A DNA stretch of 64,000 nucleotides from Paragordius varius (Eukaryota; Animalia; Nematomorpha), in assembly GCA_964247055.1 (NCBI GenBank), contig OZ176053.1:10602001-10666000 (forward strand), in the 5' to 3' direction. The first letter of the stretch is position 1, and every line of letters starts with the position of its first letter. A model generated the notes under the pieces. The model was not told the DNA's origin. It saw only the letters and a program-made list of their open reading frames with translations, and did no database searches. Below are positions 1-12,700 of the stretch, in pieces. The position numbers were made by a program, and so were the translations under genes.

Positions 1-419
1 ACTGGTTAAAATTTTATTTTTTAATTTTTAATATTTTATGTGCATTATTTCTTAATATAAATCTACTTTGATAAATTTTATTATTTCATTATTGTATACA
101 TTTATTTTAGATTTTATATTACTTTTATTTATTAAAACATATATTTTCAATACTAAATAAAAAATAAAACTGTTGGCAAATTACAGTATATCACAAAAAA
201 CGGAATAAACTCCAATCTATTACTTAAAAGTTAACCATCAAAAATAAATCTGTAGTTGAGAGTCCCTTAAGTGCATATGATTTTATATTTTAAAAATAAA
301 AAAAATCTCGCTTATTCTTTTTTAAATGATGGATTTATCTTAACAAAGTTTTGAATTTCAATGTACATTTTTATGACTTCTTTTAAACTTTTCTGTATCC
401 GATTATTACATATTTATAG

Positions 420-1670
420 TACGCTAATTATGCCATTGGTAAAGACACTCAGGCCATGAAATCAGTTATTGGTGAGGAGGCCTTAACATCCGATGATTTG
501 TTATATCTTGAATTTTTGACCAAGTTTGAGAAAAATTTTATTACACAAGGTAAAGAGTTTCCTTTTACAGTTAACGCAAATATTACATTTAGTATACTTT
601 TTTGTATTTTTTTAATCAAATAATACATTTTCATACCTTAAATAAAATTCAACATTAACCATGCAAAAGCAACATAGATGTTGAAACACGCAATTGCAAC
701 ATTTATTTTAAATCTTACAATACAAGTTATTACTAAGAATATTCTTTATGATTATAATGTAGCTTTTAAAAATTATTGTCTTTGATCTGTTAATTTTCGT
801 TTGATAAAATACTTCTCATGCAGATCGCTATGAAAATCGTACTATTTTTGATTCCCTCGATATTGGGTGGCAACTTATGCGTATTTTCCCGCGTGAAATG
901 TTGAAACGCATACCCGAAAATATTTTAAACGAATTCTATCCGCGTGAAAGATCAGAAACAATGAAATCAAAAAAGGAGGAATCGTCACCGAGTAAATTTA
1001 AAAATATATAAGAAAAATTGTTTTTATATACTCAACTTTTTTTATCCTAAGAAAATTTAGAATTTTGTTATTTTTCTAGTTTAATACCGAAATTTGAAAA
1101 TTGGCATAAATGATAGCATTTGATGTATGACAGAATTAAAAGATATAAATTTTGCTATTAAAAATAATATCAGTCGGGGTTTGTATTTAGGGTCCCTATA
1201 AAAATTGCAACTAGATTGAGTAAAAAAAATAAATTTAAATTCGTACATTGCTTATTTTTTCAGTTTTATTTATTTGGTCTGTTAAAAGGCTTTTTGTTTA
1301 GCTTTTTTTTCTGTTATTTAACACATTGTGTTCCAAGTTAGTTACATAGAGGCAAAGATAAACTTTTAAAGTCCAAAAAAATAAATTTTTTAGAACCTAT
1401 AACCTAAATTTGATTAGCTATAAACTATTTCGTATCGTTTAAAAATAAAGCTGATTCCAACCAAACTCCAAGTATAAGCAATGGCCCACCTACAGAGTCT
1501 AGCGCCAGGAAACCGGGAGGTATTTACTTTATTTTATACCATCACGGTCAAAAAGATATTTTAAAATAGTTATACACCGTATATTTTTGTTGGTTTTGTA
1601 AATCTCTAGTTTAATAAAATTATATTCAGGTAACGCACCCGCCAACATGCCAATGAAATCCAAGATCTAA
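420..1670 (+). CDS. ATP6V1B: V-type proton ATPase subunit B, 3' part (5' end lies outside the window); exons 420-549, 824-991 (or read-through to TAA at 1009-1011), 1451-1519, 1630-1670
   Basis: Exon 420-549 = [43 protein letters not shown] and exon from 824 = [41 protein letters not shown], the conserved C-terminus of V-ATPase B. GT-AG introns with matching phases. The last two exons are inferred from phase-compatible splice sites and are less certain than the core. Confidence 0.93.
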
Positions 1671-2937
1671 AAGGAAAAAATTGTGGCAGGAAATTGTCTA
1701 AGAAATATTTTTTGGACCATACAATCTCAAATTATTAATCATAATATAATTTAAATATATAGTTATTTAATATCTTTTTTCCATATATATTATTAATATG
1801 TTGGTGCATTACATATAGATAATACATTTCCATGCTTAATTGATATTTTAAGCTCACACCCATCAAAGGACCATAAAAGAGGTAACCTCATAATATAAAA
1901 GGGAGCTTGATTACTCTATCTTCCAGTAAATTTTATAAATTTGATAATATAAAACATTCCTTTGCATACTTAATGTAATCTTATTATTATTATAAATACC
2001 TATTTCTGTTATGTATCTTTTCAATAAATTTTGTTTTTCGTAATGTATAATTTAACTAGTGTATCATTTATAGTTTACCAAATTTAGAAATTTATAAACG
2101 AAAAATCAGGGTTATGGTAGCAGTATCAAATCGTACACATCGTATACATAATATCAAAAAGTATTTTTATGCCGTTTTTGTCACGCTTAAAAATTTTATA
2201 AAATACTCTATTACATAATCTGAATATATTTAAATTATATCTTGTAATATCGTCACTTTTGCGCTTATGTTATGAAAGCTTTCCTATTTTAATGGGGGTC
2301 TAAAACGTTAAGACTTACCTAAAAAAATAAAATTTAATATAAACAACTTTTGTTTTTTAATATTTTTATAATGTGTATAAAATATAGTATGAAACTTTTA
2401 ACTCTCACCAAAAATATAGGGATAATGTTCACTAATATTGTTATTTTTACAATATAACCCGCAAGTGCCATTTTTAATGACTAAACTATAAAATCTTGGA
2501 TTTTTTATCATATGTTTTCACCTGGATGTTTTTGTTTGTACACCCTCTTCATCTTAGGGGTAGGTTAAATATAAAAAGTTGTTCCATATCACAAGAAGTA
2601 CTTAATATCGTGATTGATTACATCTCATAGCTTATCAGAAAAGCTTCATATTTTTTTTTAAAGCAGGGTATAGAGTCATAAATTATAGACAACAGCTAAA
2701 ATTTCTGTCTTTATAAGGTGAACACTTGAAACCATATCAATTTTTGCGAAATTAGTTTTTTGGACGCCATTTTACGAAGGTAGGGGAAATGCAGGATGTA
2801 CACAATTAGTCCTCTGATTCGATTAGGCCTATATCTGAATAATTATCTTAAAGAGGTGATTGTGTATTTTTTAATATATATTTAGACACTGGGTGGGCCT
2901 TTAGTAAGGCATTACTTAAGAAAATCGCTAGATCCAC

Positions 2938-3563
2938 TAGAGTTGTGCTGACCAAGTCATGACCGGGTCAATTGACCGGGTCATGACCAGGTCAATGACT
3001 ATTTATTTTTTGACCGTGGTCATTTAAAAGACAGATATTGAATTATTACTGGTAAATTTTTTAAGAGTAATAGTAAGATTTTATGGTTTTTTAATATATT
3101 TTTAAAAAAATATAATTTTAATATTTAAATATGCTTAATCAACAATATAAAATTGTTAAACATGCATAGTTATAACATTAGCATTTAGGCATATCCAGTT
3201 ATTTATATATACAAAACAATCAAGTTGCAAATGCAATTATTCCATATATGTGAACTAATAAAATAAAAAAACATTTTAAAATTGTATTTCAATGATAAAA
3301 AGTATAAAACACTAGGTAAAATTTTATTTGAAATATCTTGATTAAATTTCATTGAAAATATTTGTAAATAATTAATATCAAATAAATGTATAAACATTAG
3401 AAACATGACAGTATTAGTGAAACACGTGTAGTACGAACATTATTTTCGCAATCCAATATCGCATGATAGCTATTTAAAAAAGTGGTCATGACCGTTATCA
3501 TGACCATGGTTTGACTGGGTCTGACCCGATTTTTTTGAAAAAGCAGTCAAATGCACAACCCTA
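2938..3563. mobile_element. Degenerate hAT-like non-autonomous element with GTCATGAC/TGACC subterminal repeats
   Basis: Termini TAGAGTTGTGC (2938) and GCACAACCCTA (to 3563) are near-inverted; clusters of gtcatgacc/ggtcaattgacc motifs near both ends. No clean 8-bp TSD. Confidence 0.4.
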
Positions 3564-3899
3564 TGTCCCACGCATTAATAAATTCAACTTTTAAATATTA
3601 AAAGATGAGAAAAATTTTCTCATAGGGAATTATAAATCAGTGGCACTCAACTAAACCATATAAAACGAAAAAAATCCAAGCTGTTTGACACATTTGCTGA
3701 TATATATAAAAATTAGTACACTAAAATATTTAATAAATAATTCAGGGAGATAAAAAGACAATAGGCCGCATGCGGCTTGTGGGCCGCGGTTACCTGTTTT
3801 AAATTACTGAAGAATGACATAACGTGTTATTCACCGTTTTTAACAAGGTAAAACGGCTGATGTTACTAAAATCTGAATATGGCTTTCTAAAAAATCAAT

Positions 3900-4337
3900 A
3901 TGAATGAAACCGGCGATTATAATGCACTTGAATATTTTATTAAAGTTTATCCACACAAACCTCTTTCCCTGTATAAAGGTTATTTATATATTTATATCCA
4001 GATATGTTTTTGCACGTCTTTAAATGGGGTATTACATCATGTGCCTTAGTTCATACAGTAGCTTGGCTGATATCTTTGCTACAAAACAAACATCCACAGT
4101 ATTGGAAATATACCTATCCAATATTATCATTGGGTTTTTTTGTAAATTTTGTCTCGTCTTCCATATTTATTGTTCTAACTTGTAAAATTTAAAAATTAAC
4201 ATCTAGCCCTATTTATATCCTTAATTTTTGATCTCGGATCATTTGATATGCCTGGATTTTATGCTCTTATAATTGGATTATCGCAAACACTATTTCTCTG
4301 TATTATGTCATTTAGTCATATATTGACAATCTTGTGA
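3900..4337 (+). CDS. TMEM170: TMEM170-family ER membrane protein, 129 aa; exons 3900-3978, 4002-4181, 4207-4337 (introns of 23 and 25 nt)
   Basis: Spliced product ...LSLYKDMFLHVFKWGITSCALVHTVAWLISLL...YALIIGLSQTLFLCIMSFSHILTIL* parallels TMEM170A as I recall it (LCSFPEMWYGVFLWALVSSLFFH...LTLGTGQTFCVLVVSFLRILATL). Both tiny GT-AG introns restore the frame. Confidence 0.82.
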
Positions 4338-5889
4338 TAAGTTATCTAATTATATTAATGAATAAAGTTTCCTATCGCATAAATAACCCGTGGTTTATTA
4401 GTAAATGCTCTATAGCTAATTAGTTTATTGAATAATCTATAATATTTATATCAGACAACTAATTAGTTTGATAGTTTTTGCTATTTTTGATAACTACGGC
4501 TTTAAAAAATATATGTGATACAACCTATCCCTGCGGGCCGAATGAGGCCCTTAAAGTGCTTTGGCCCTGAAATACAATTTAGTTATACGAAAAATTTAAG
4601 TGAGTTCTTCTAAGTTTTTTGTTCCGGCTTTTTTTCTTTGAAATTTATGCTTCGGTTTTGATCACACGCACGTTGAAGAATATAGAATAGATCATAATAA
4701 TTTTAATTCAGAATATATAAAAAATTCGCAGGTAATAATATATATTATTTGCACTTCAAGATGGTCCTTTTCTCGATTTAACTATAATTTTTAAAATTAT
4801 TTTTTACCTAATATTTATTATTATTTATTTATATTTTAAATTCAAAAACCAATTTTTTTACTTCAAACTAAATTTTTCCAATTTAACAAAATTATTACCA
4901 TAAAAATGTTTAAAAAATTGTAATTAATAACTTAATTTTAGTTAACGTGTTGAATTAATATAAAAATATTTTTTAGGAAAGTAATAAAGATATACGGTTT
5001 CTGACTGATTAAAACTTGATATTGATTAAAAAATATATGTTTAATAAAGAAAATAGGTTATAATAAAATAGATGAATGATACATGATTTGATTAAACTCG
5101 AAATGTTCAAGGTCCAACCTGAAGTGCTCAAGGACACTCTTGAAGTGAAAATGGTATTTTAAGTGTTGGCAAAATACGCCTATTGAATATTAAATTATAA
5201 AATGTGAAGTTATCCTGATTGTTTTGTCAACTTACATCGAGCCAAAAAGGGATATGACATTAGATTAGCTTGTTATGAATTTCAAAAATTATTGATTAAT
5301 ATTAACATATATCCATTTTGAAAAGATGAAAATATTTGTGTATATTCCGCAAAAAATCTTGGAATATTGATTTAAGTTATTATTTGCATATGAAGCTATG
5401 CAATATTTGTCTCTATTATATTGCCCTTGAAACAAAAAACCCATGGCCGTGAAATTCTTTTGGTGAGTACCGCTGATATTTACTATTTGCACTTCAAGTT
5501 GGTCCTTGAAGTGCAAATGGTATTATTTGCTCAATTTTCTATTTCAAGTAGGTGTAAAGTTAAAAAATATTCGGGAATATGTCAATAAGGATATTCCCTA
5601 AATGCCCATATCGTATTAAAGCTTGAAGCGGGGACTTTTGTCTAGAGTAAATTTGATGTTTGCATCTAGTTACATAAATAAATGTGTGAATACAATAAGT
5701 TTTTAATAATTTTAACGATAAATGATTAAATTAATTTTATGATTGAATAATAGCAATGTTTTCTTTTTTAGAGCACCCTACAATCATTTAGCCTTAGCTT
5801 CAAACGAATTTAAATGTTAGGTTGTAGTCTAATAAGTAAAATGATATATGATAAAGATTTTATTTGATAATATATCATATGATTTTGCT

Positions 5890-6110
5890 TCAAAATCAAA
5901 TGCGAACAAACCCTTCGTGTGCCCGCATTTAGACCAAAAGATACCCTAACACGGGATAAATCCTTAACGGCTAAAAATTTAGCCACAATATCACAATCCT
6001 GAAAATTAATAATCAACTCTCTTCGCACATCAGTGCCTAAGATAATGTGACAAGCTAGGCTGTTTTTCGCAGTATAGTACTGGGTTTTCAGAAAAAAACT
6101 GCGCCCACTT
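5890..6110 (-). pseudogene. Possible decayed LTR-retrotransposon aspartyl-protease fragment
   Basis: Minus frame reads LKTQYYTAKNSLACHIILGTDVRRELIINFQDCDI, resembling the ILGxD motif of retropepsins. No DTG motif found. Confidence 0.25.
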
Positions 6111-9100
6111 TTGTACTGCTTTATGAAATTAATTTTTTTTATAAATATATATTGATTGCCTTTTTATTTAAATTTTTTTTAGAATTTAATATAGTACCCT
6201 CTGTAAAAAAAACCGATTGTAAAGAAATGGTTTTTCGGTAAAAAACTAAGATTGGCCTATTTTGGTTTATATATTAATTTCTGCTGAATACTTAATGCTT
6301 AGTTTAGCTTTTCGCGCTGTGGCAAAATTATAAATTTCGGACTTCACCGTAAGATTCAGGCTAATGGCTCTCTCACTCAGGGCTTCCGCAACAAGATTTG
6401 CTTCAAAATTTAAAATTAACAAAATAATTTATGATATAATTGTTTGATCAGGTTTAGAAAGTTTATTTGTTGTAATTATCACACGGAAAATTATAAAAAA
6501 AATTGTATTCTTGTAACATATTATTTAAAATTTATTATATATAGCCTTTCATTTCGAAATAACCTGTTTTCGTATTATAAAATTAAGATTTTTTAACATT
6601 TTTTATACTCCCTAGGTGTAAAAGATATGATATTTCTTAATTTATTTACCTAAATTTTAATATTTATTATTTTTTTTATTTTTTGCATAAACAAATTTGA
6701 GATATTTTGTTGAAGCCTACTTCAAACTTTAAAGCATAATGCAAATTCTATAACGCTTTAAGATATAATTAAACCCTTCTAAATAATTCGATGATGGTGA
6801 ACATTCAGAATTTTAATTAAAAAGTTTGTTTCCTTGCAGATTTTGATTAATTTTTGTAAAAAAACAGAATTTTTATTTAACACAAATTTAAACGAACGAA
6901 TCTATATATTTATAAAAATGGAAAATGTTGGCTCTGTGATCTGTTTCCGGAAAACCGGTAGACCCATTCAAATCTAAATGTCGAAAAAATATAATCATTA
7001 ATAAATGCCCCGACAAAAGCTTCCCTCTATTTTGAATTAGGCCCGGTTCGTGCCCACCCCGTATGAAAAACCGGTTTTTTTGAAAACACAAGTCCACAAA
7101 AATCGTGTTTTCGAGAATTTTTCCGGAGAATGTGTAAGACCATTCAATTTAAAATATGTTTTTGTTAACTATTTTCGATTTCGCCTAACATAGTCGACTC
7201 GTTTTTTTAATTTAGGCCCTCTTTTTACCCGCTCCCCCTTTATACTTTTAAAAAAACAGAGTCCATAAAAATAATTTTTTAAATTTATTTTTCACCCAAG
7301 GTATGAGACCGTAAAAATTCAATAAGAATTCTACGCATTCTCTATTAAAAGGCAAAAATTTTAGTCAAGCGTTTCTTTGATGATAGCTGCTGAGTAAGGA
7401 GCTAATCGCGATAAACCGACCCGTCATAGCGAAACAGCGTGATTTTGGGGCTAAATTTCAGAAAACCTATCAGGCATATGAGTTCAATAGCTGCCTACCG
7501 TAAAAAGTCAAAAATTTTAGTCGATCGGTTTTTTGAATTAGCCGTTAAATAGGCCTTACTTCTTAAAAAAATGAGCTATCATTGAACTATTATTTAGTTT
7601 TGAAGCCATTCTTCCATAAACTATTAGGAATGAACGCTGATATCAGGTATAAAGGAAATTTTTTTATCTAACTACATTTTTATATTGGCCTCTAAGTGGT
7701 GGGTCGTACCTGCCTACAACTGCGCCATCATATCGATACAGCATGCCTTTGGAGCCAATGAGACTATAATATAAATCATTTTAAAACTTCGTATAATAAA
7801 ATTCCTTATAAAATCAAATATGCACCCCCTCCCAGAAGTAATAAAAATTCTGAGTGAGAAAAATGTTTAGCATTATCGAATAAAGTTTAAAAAAACTTAA
7901 CCGTTTATATCGTTCCCATCTTGCACAAAATAGTATGAAGTACGCTTCAAAAATTTTTACAAATATTAAAAATTGAAAGTATGGATTTTTTCGATATTAT
8001 AATTTAGCATACATTTAAAATTATTGCACCAATTTTTTGCATTTATTTTAAGAGAAAAATCCATTTTAAAGAACCATAAAAGTTGGGACTTTTAGACACG
8101 TCTAAAAATTTAAATCAAAAGCACCATGATAATCCTGATATTTTCCTATCAGAATATATATATATATTTCATGTGGATATATTTTTGTGGAAAGTGATAC
8201 CACACCGATGGTGCAAAAACAGGCAAAGTATTTTTTAATTTTGTACTGGGTTAAAGTTTGAATCTGGTCACATTAACCTAAGAAGTCATCGTATCCTATT
8301 GATTAGCAAGTTCGGATTGGGTTTTTTCTAGTGGTGAGACGGAGAATTCATATATAGAACTGTAAAATATTAATCATAGTTTAAATGCTTACCCTTAACA
8401 TGATTTGACCATTTTTGAGATGTGTTTAGGCGAATAAAAGTTTTATATAACCATAAAATAAGTCATTCTAAAACCTTTTAACCAAATTTTGGTTAATGGC
8501 AAATAAATTTTAATATAGAGTAGAAATATATATAACAATTTTTTAATACAATACAAATTAAACCATTTAGTTGGTTAGATTATCTGTATTGCGATGTTTA
8601 TTTCACTTTTGAGTTTTGGCATCCGCAGATTACGCGACATGTAGGGGATTTAGTCAATTATTTGGTTTTCTAAAAAATTAAATTTCAGATCGAATAATTT
8701 ATAAATTGGTACTTAATACATCATTCCTATGCTTATTAAGGGTTTTATTTACAAAATATCAACCAATTTATATTTATAATTCATTTATCCAAATAACATC
8801 GCTATATTGTAGGTATGCGGCTGAAATTTTTGTAATCATTGGACCATTCAATAAATTTTTACCAATATCATTATGTTTTATCAAAGGATGTAAACAAACG
8901 ATTAAAGACTGATCAAAAATAATAGAGCATTTATAATTATTTCATTTTATTGTCATATGTTTTTGATGTGTTGAATTATCGACATTCTTAAAATGACAAA
9001 ATCGCCAAATATAATTTATTTAATTTATCTTCGACAAATCATAAGCCTGCAAATTCCTATTAGATTTATTTAAACGAAACATTAACATTGATAGATAAAA

Positions 9101-9708
9101 TAATATTTTCAAATTTTTAACTATGATAAAATGAACCTTAAATAAAAAAAGAATTTAATTAATTTTGATTGTTTTTTGTGAACTAACTAACCATTAAACA
9201 TCTAAGAATATGATGTAAATTAGATTAAAAGTTATTTATTTTGATTCGTGCAAAGTATAATATATGAGAGATTAATTTAAAAATGACACATATCATCACA
9301 AAAAGTGTAGAGATAAAATTGAGTATATAAGCAAGCTAAAAATAGGTGTTACTTGACAATATACATATATTATATAACACAATTAATTTATGCATTTTTT
9401 GTAAAAATTTAATTTATGTATTATTATTATTATGATTAATAATGTAATGATGTTAAAATATGTCTATTTTAGAGATTGTTACAAAAATATCGTTTAAAAA
9501 TTTATTATATATATATATATATATACTACACTATACTGTGCGCATGTCAAAATATTTTCAAATTCTTTTACACATGAAAAATGCTACAATGTTGATGAAA
9601 ATGGCACTCAATTAAACAATTTTTTTAGATAGTCTCTATTAATAATTCAGACATTACGTATTTGTTACAAAGGAGTTAGGACAAAATAAGTTTCATGATA
9701 ATAAGAAA

Positions 9709-12700
9709 TTATAAACGTTTCATCATATCAAGTTCTGAGGGGACTAATGTTAATTGTGTTTCAACCCGATTAACACCCCCAGCAGCCCTCTTTTTATTAT
9801 TTCTGTAAGCATGGCCGATATCCTCATCTACGGAGGAGGTTATAACCATATCATCTAGGGAATCATGCATAAATTTTTCTTGTTGAATGATATGAGGTGG
9901 ACTGATCCCCGATTTTAGTAAATGCTTGTTGGCAGTTTTGAGCATACGTTTTTTGTTAATAGCTATATGTGTTTTGATAAAATTCAATTTTACAAATACT
10001 AACAAAATATCATGCTTATAAACATATATAATATATAAATATACCTGCCTTATCAACTAGAAGGAATGTGAAAAAATATTTGAAAAAAATATATAACAAA
10101 ATTAGAATAAGGTGTAGTATATAAAAAATCTAAATTTTATCGAATGCTGCCGTAAAAATGGTAAAATTAACATTCTTTCATAAAACATATATTTTAATTC
10201 ATAGCCAACTAAACAATATGTATGGAATTAAACAAAACCTTAATTACGGTTTTATATAAATTTTAATTTTACGCCTTATCTTTTCATTTTTATGCAATAA
10301 AATAGAATTTTTTGATCAAAGAAAAATTACCGTCTTCGTCCTTGCTGACAAAATCGCTTGTTTCATCGACAAGCGTAATTTCTTTTTCAGAGCTATGGCG
10401 AATTCCATAGAAAAAGTATATGAGGAATCCGGCAGTCATCCAAACACTAAATCGAATCCATGTATTGACGCCGAGTTTCATCATGAGGTACATGTTAATA
10501 AAGATACTGAGGAAAGGGATTAAAGGAACCCATGGAACCTAACATAATTGATTAGATTATTTTTTGTAATATCATGAGTGTTTAATACGAGCAAAATCAC
10601 AATAATAAAATTAAAAAATGAAAAATTAGGCTTTTTGCGACAAATACTTCTTTTTTAGGATGTAACTATGTTAATCTAACAGATTATTATTATTAATTGG
10701 TGTTTGAAATTTTAGCAAAAATATATTTTTCCAGATATTTTATATTCAGTATAGTACCTACCTTAAAATTTAATTTGGAATTATTTTGAGGTTGAATGAG
10801 GATAATATAAAACGTTAGGAGAATGAACACACCCAACACAATGAGAGATATCAATGATCCAATGTGAGAATTCAATACATAACTTTCGGCTTTGACCAGT
10901 ATAAGGTTGAATAATATTATGCACACGGCTAGAACATATAATATAAAATTAGGAAAACTTTTAGCAGAAAAATAGGCTAAACTCTACAAATATAAAATAT
11001 TGATATGTGAAAACCTTCATCAATAATCGCAGATTGAGTTTGTAGTTTTTTAAAATCGTCGGAGTAAAATATAACCAATTAAATGGGGAACAAAATTAAG
11101 ACCCTCTACTTCGAGGTTCCCATAGTTCGCACTTACACATAAATTTATCATTTTAATAAAAATTAAGTAAGTTTTTACTTTAGGTTTGTATATATTTAAC
11201 GATTTGTTTAAATTTTTAACAAGTATTTTGTCATATAAAACTAAAAAACTTACACATAACGGTAGTGGCATAAGTTACAACTTTAGCCGATGCCTTACTA
11301 GCCTTTCCCCGAGGGAAAAATAAGCGTCGTACGAATGGTCGACCCCCATTCTGATCGTAATCTTCGCTATCATCACCTTTCTCTAATTTTTTGGTGTTTG
11401 GTCCTGTTACAACCATCCCATCTTTCGATAACATGATCCTAAAATACAAATTTTTATTGCATTAATAAATTTATTTTACTTATAACTTGAAAAAGCATTA
11501 AGCGTATAAAAATGACTTACTCTTCAACATTACTAAATTAATGAAATATTGATTTTTGATATTTATGGAATAAACTGTTAAATTTAAAAATATGTTTACT
11601 CGTCCGATGGCATCAATGGTAATGGTGTTGAAATTATTCCAATGCAAGATTCATTTGGTCGATACCTAAACATAAATATGTTTCATATTATTCAACAAAA
11701 AATATATATATTTTAATTTCAAAATTAGAGAATATATGTAGTAATATATTATAATTTTGACCGGTCAAAAAAGTAACCGCCTTTTGGCTTAAATATGCCG
11801 GAGATTACCAGTCTATAAATAAAAAAGAAACTGAATTAAACAAACCAACATACCAATTAAATCGGTGTTTAAAAGAAAAAATAAATATTTTTAAATTGTA
11901 TCCAAAATTTTTAATATCTAAAACTTTTATACTGTCATGATAATTTGTCAAATTTAACCTATAAAAATTGTGCAAACCTGAGCAATAAAATACAAATGGC
12001 CACAAGAGTGTAAGCAAGAAGCGTCCCAATAGACATCATATCAACCAATTCCTTCAAATCAAATAACATTGCCATAACACCTATCATCATCGGATAATAA
12101 AATTATGATTAATTTCAATTATTTCAAAATAATTCTAACATCTATTAAAAAAATTATTCGATATATCAGAATCAAAAAATTAGTTTTTTTATAAATGAAT
12201 TAATTGATAAAAAATTAAATTAATAAAAATATTATACCTGCAAAGGTGCCCGCAAAAACGGTTGCATATATAGGAGTCTTTAGCCTTGGATTAACCTTGG
12301 CCAAAAAACGGAAAAGTAAACCATCACTAGCCATGGCATATATGACACGAGGGAGAGGGAACATGGAACCCATTAAACTATTATCCATGAAATAAAAGTT
12401 TTTTAAATTTAACATATATACTTAATAAAAAGCATGTGATTTTAAACAATATAATTAGAACATAATCAAATGATTCTAAAAGACACAACAATATTCACTG
12501 TATTGTTAATTTTCGATGATAAACCATCGTATATCAAGTTTTTGGTCATTTTGTATATTGATACATACTTTCGCATTTAAGTACTAAGCTTAATATTTTT
12601 GGAAAACTATACATTCCTCAATTGTAATTCAAAAATCAACAAATTAATTCAAAACACTGGTAGAAAAACCGAAAATTGGCCCAAAAAATCAAATTTTAAT

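Noticed and set aside
7685-7770. GC-richer patch reading YWPLSGGSYLPT
   Set aside because: Too short to assign, with stops close on both sides; at most an unidentifiable TE remnant.
11779-11789. GCCTTTTGGCT, matching the U2 snRNA 5' region
   Set aside because: The match does not extend to AAGATCAAGTGTAGTA; it lies in an SLC7A intron. Chance.
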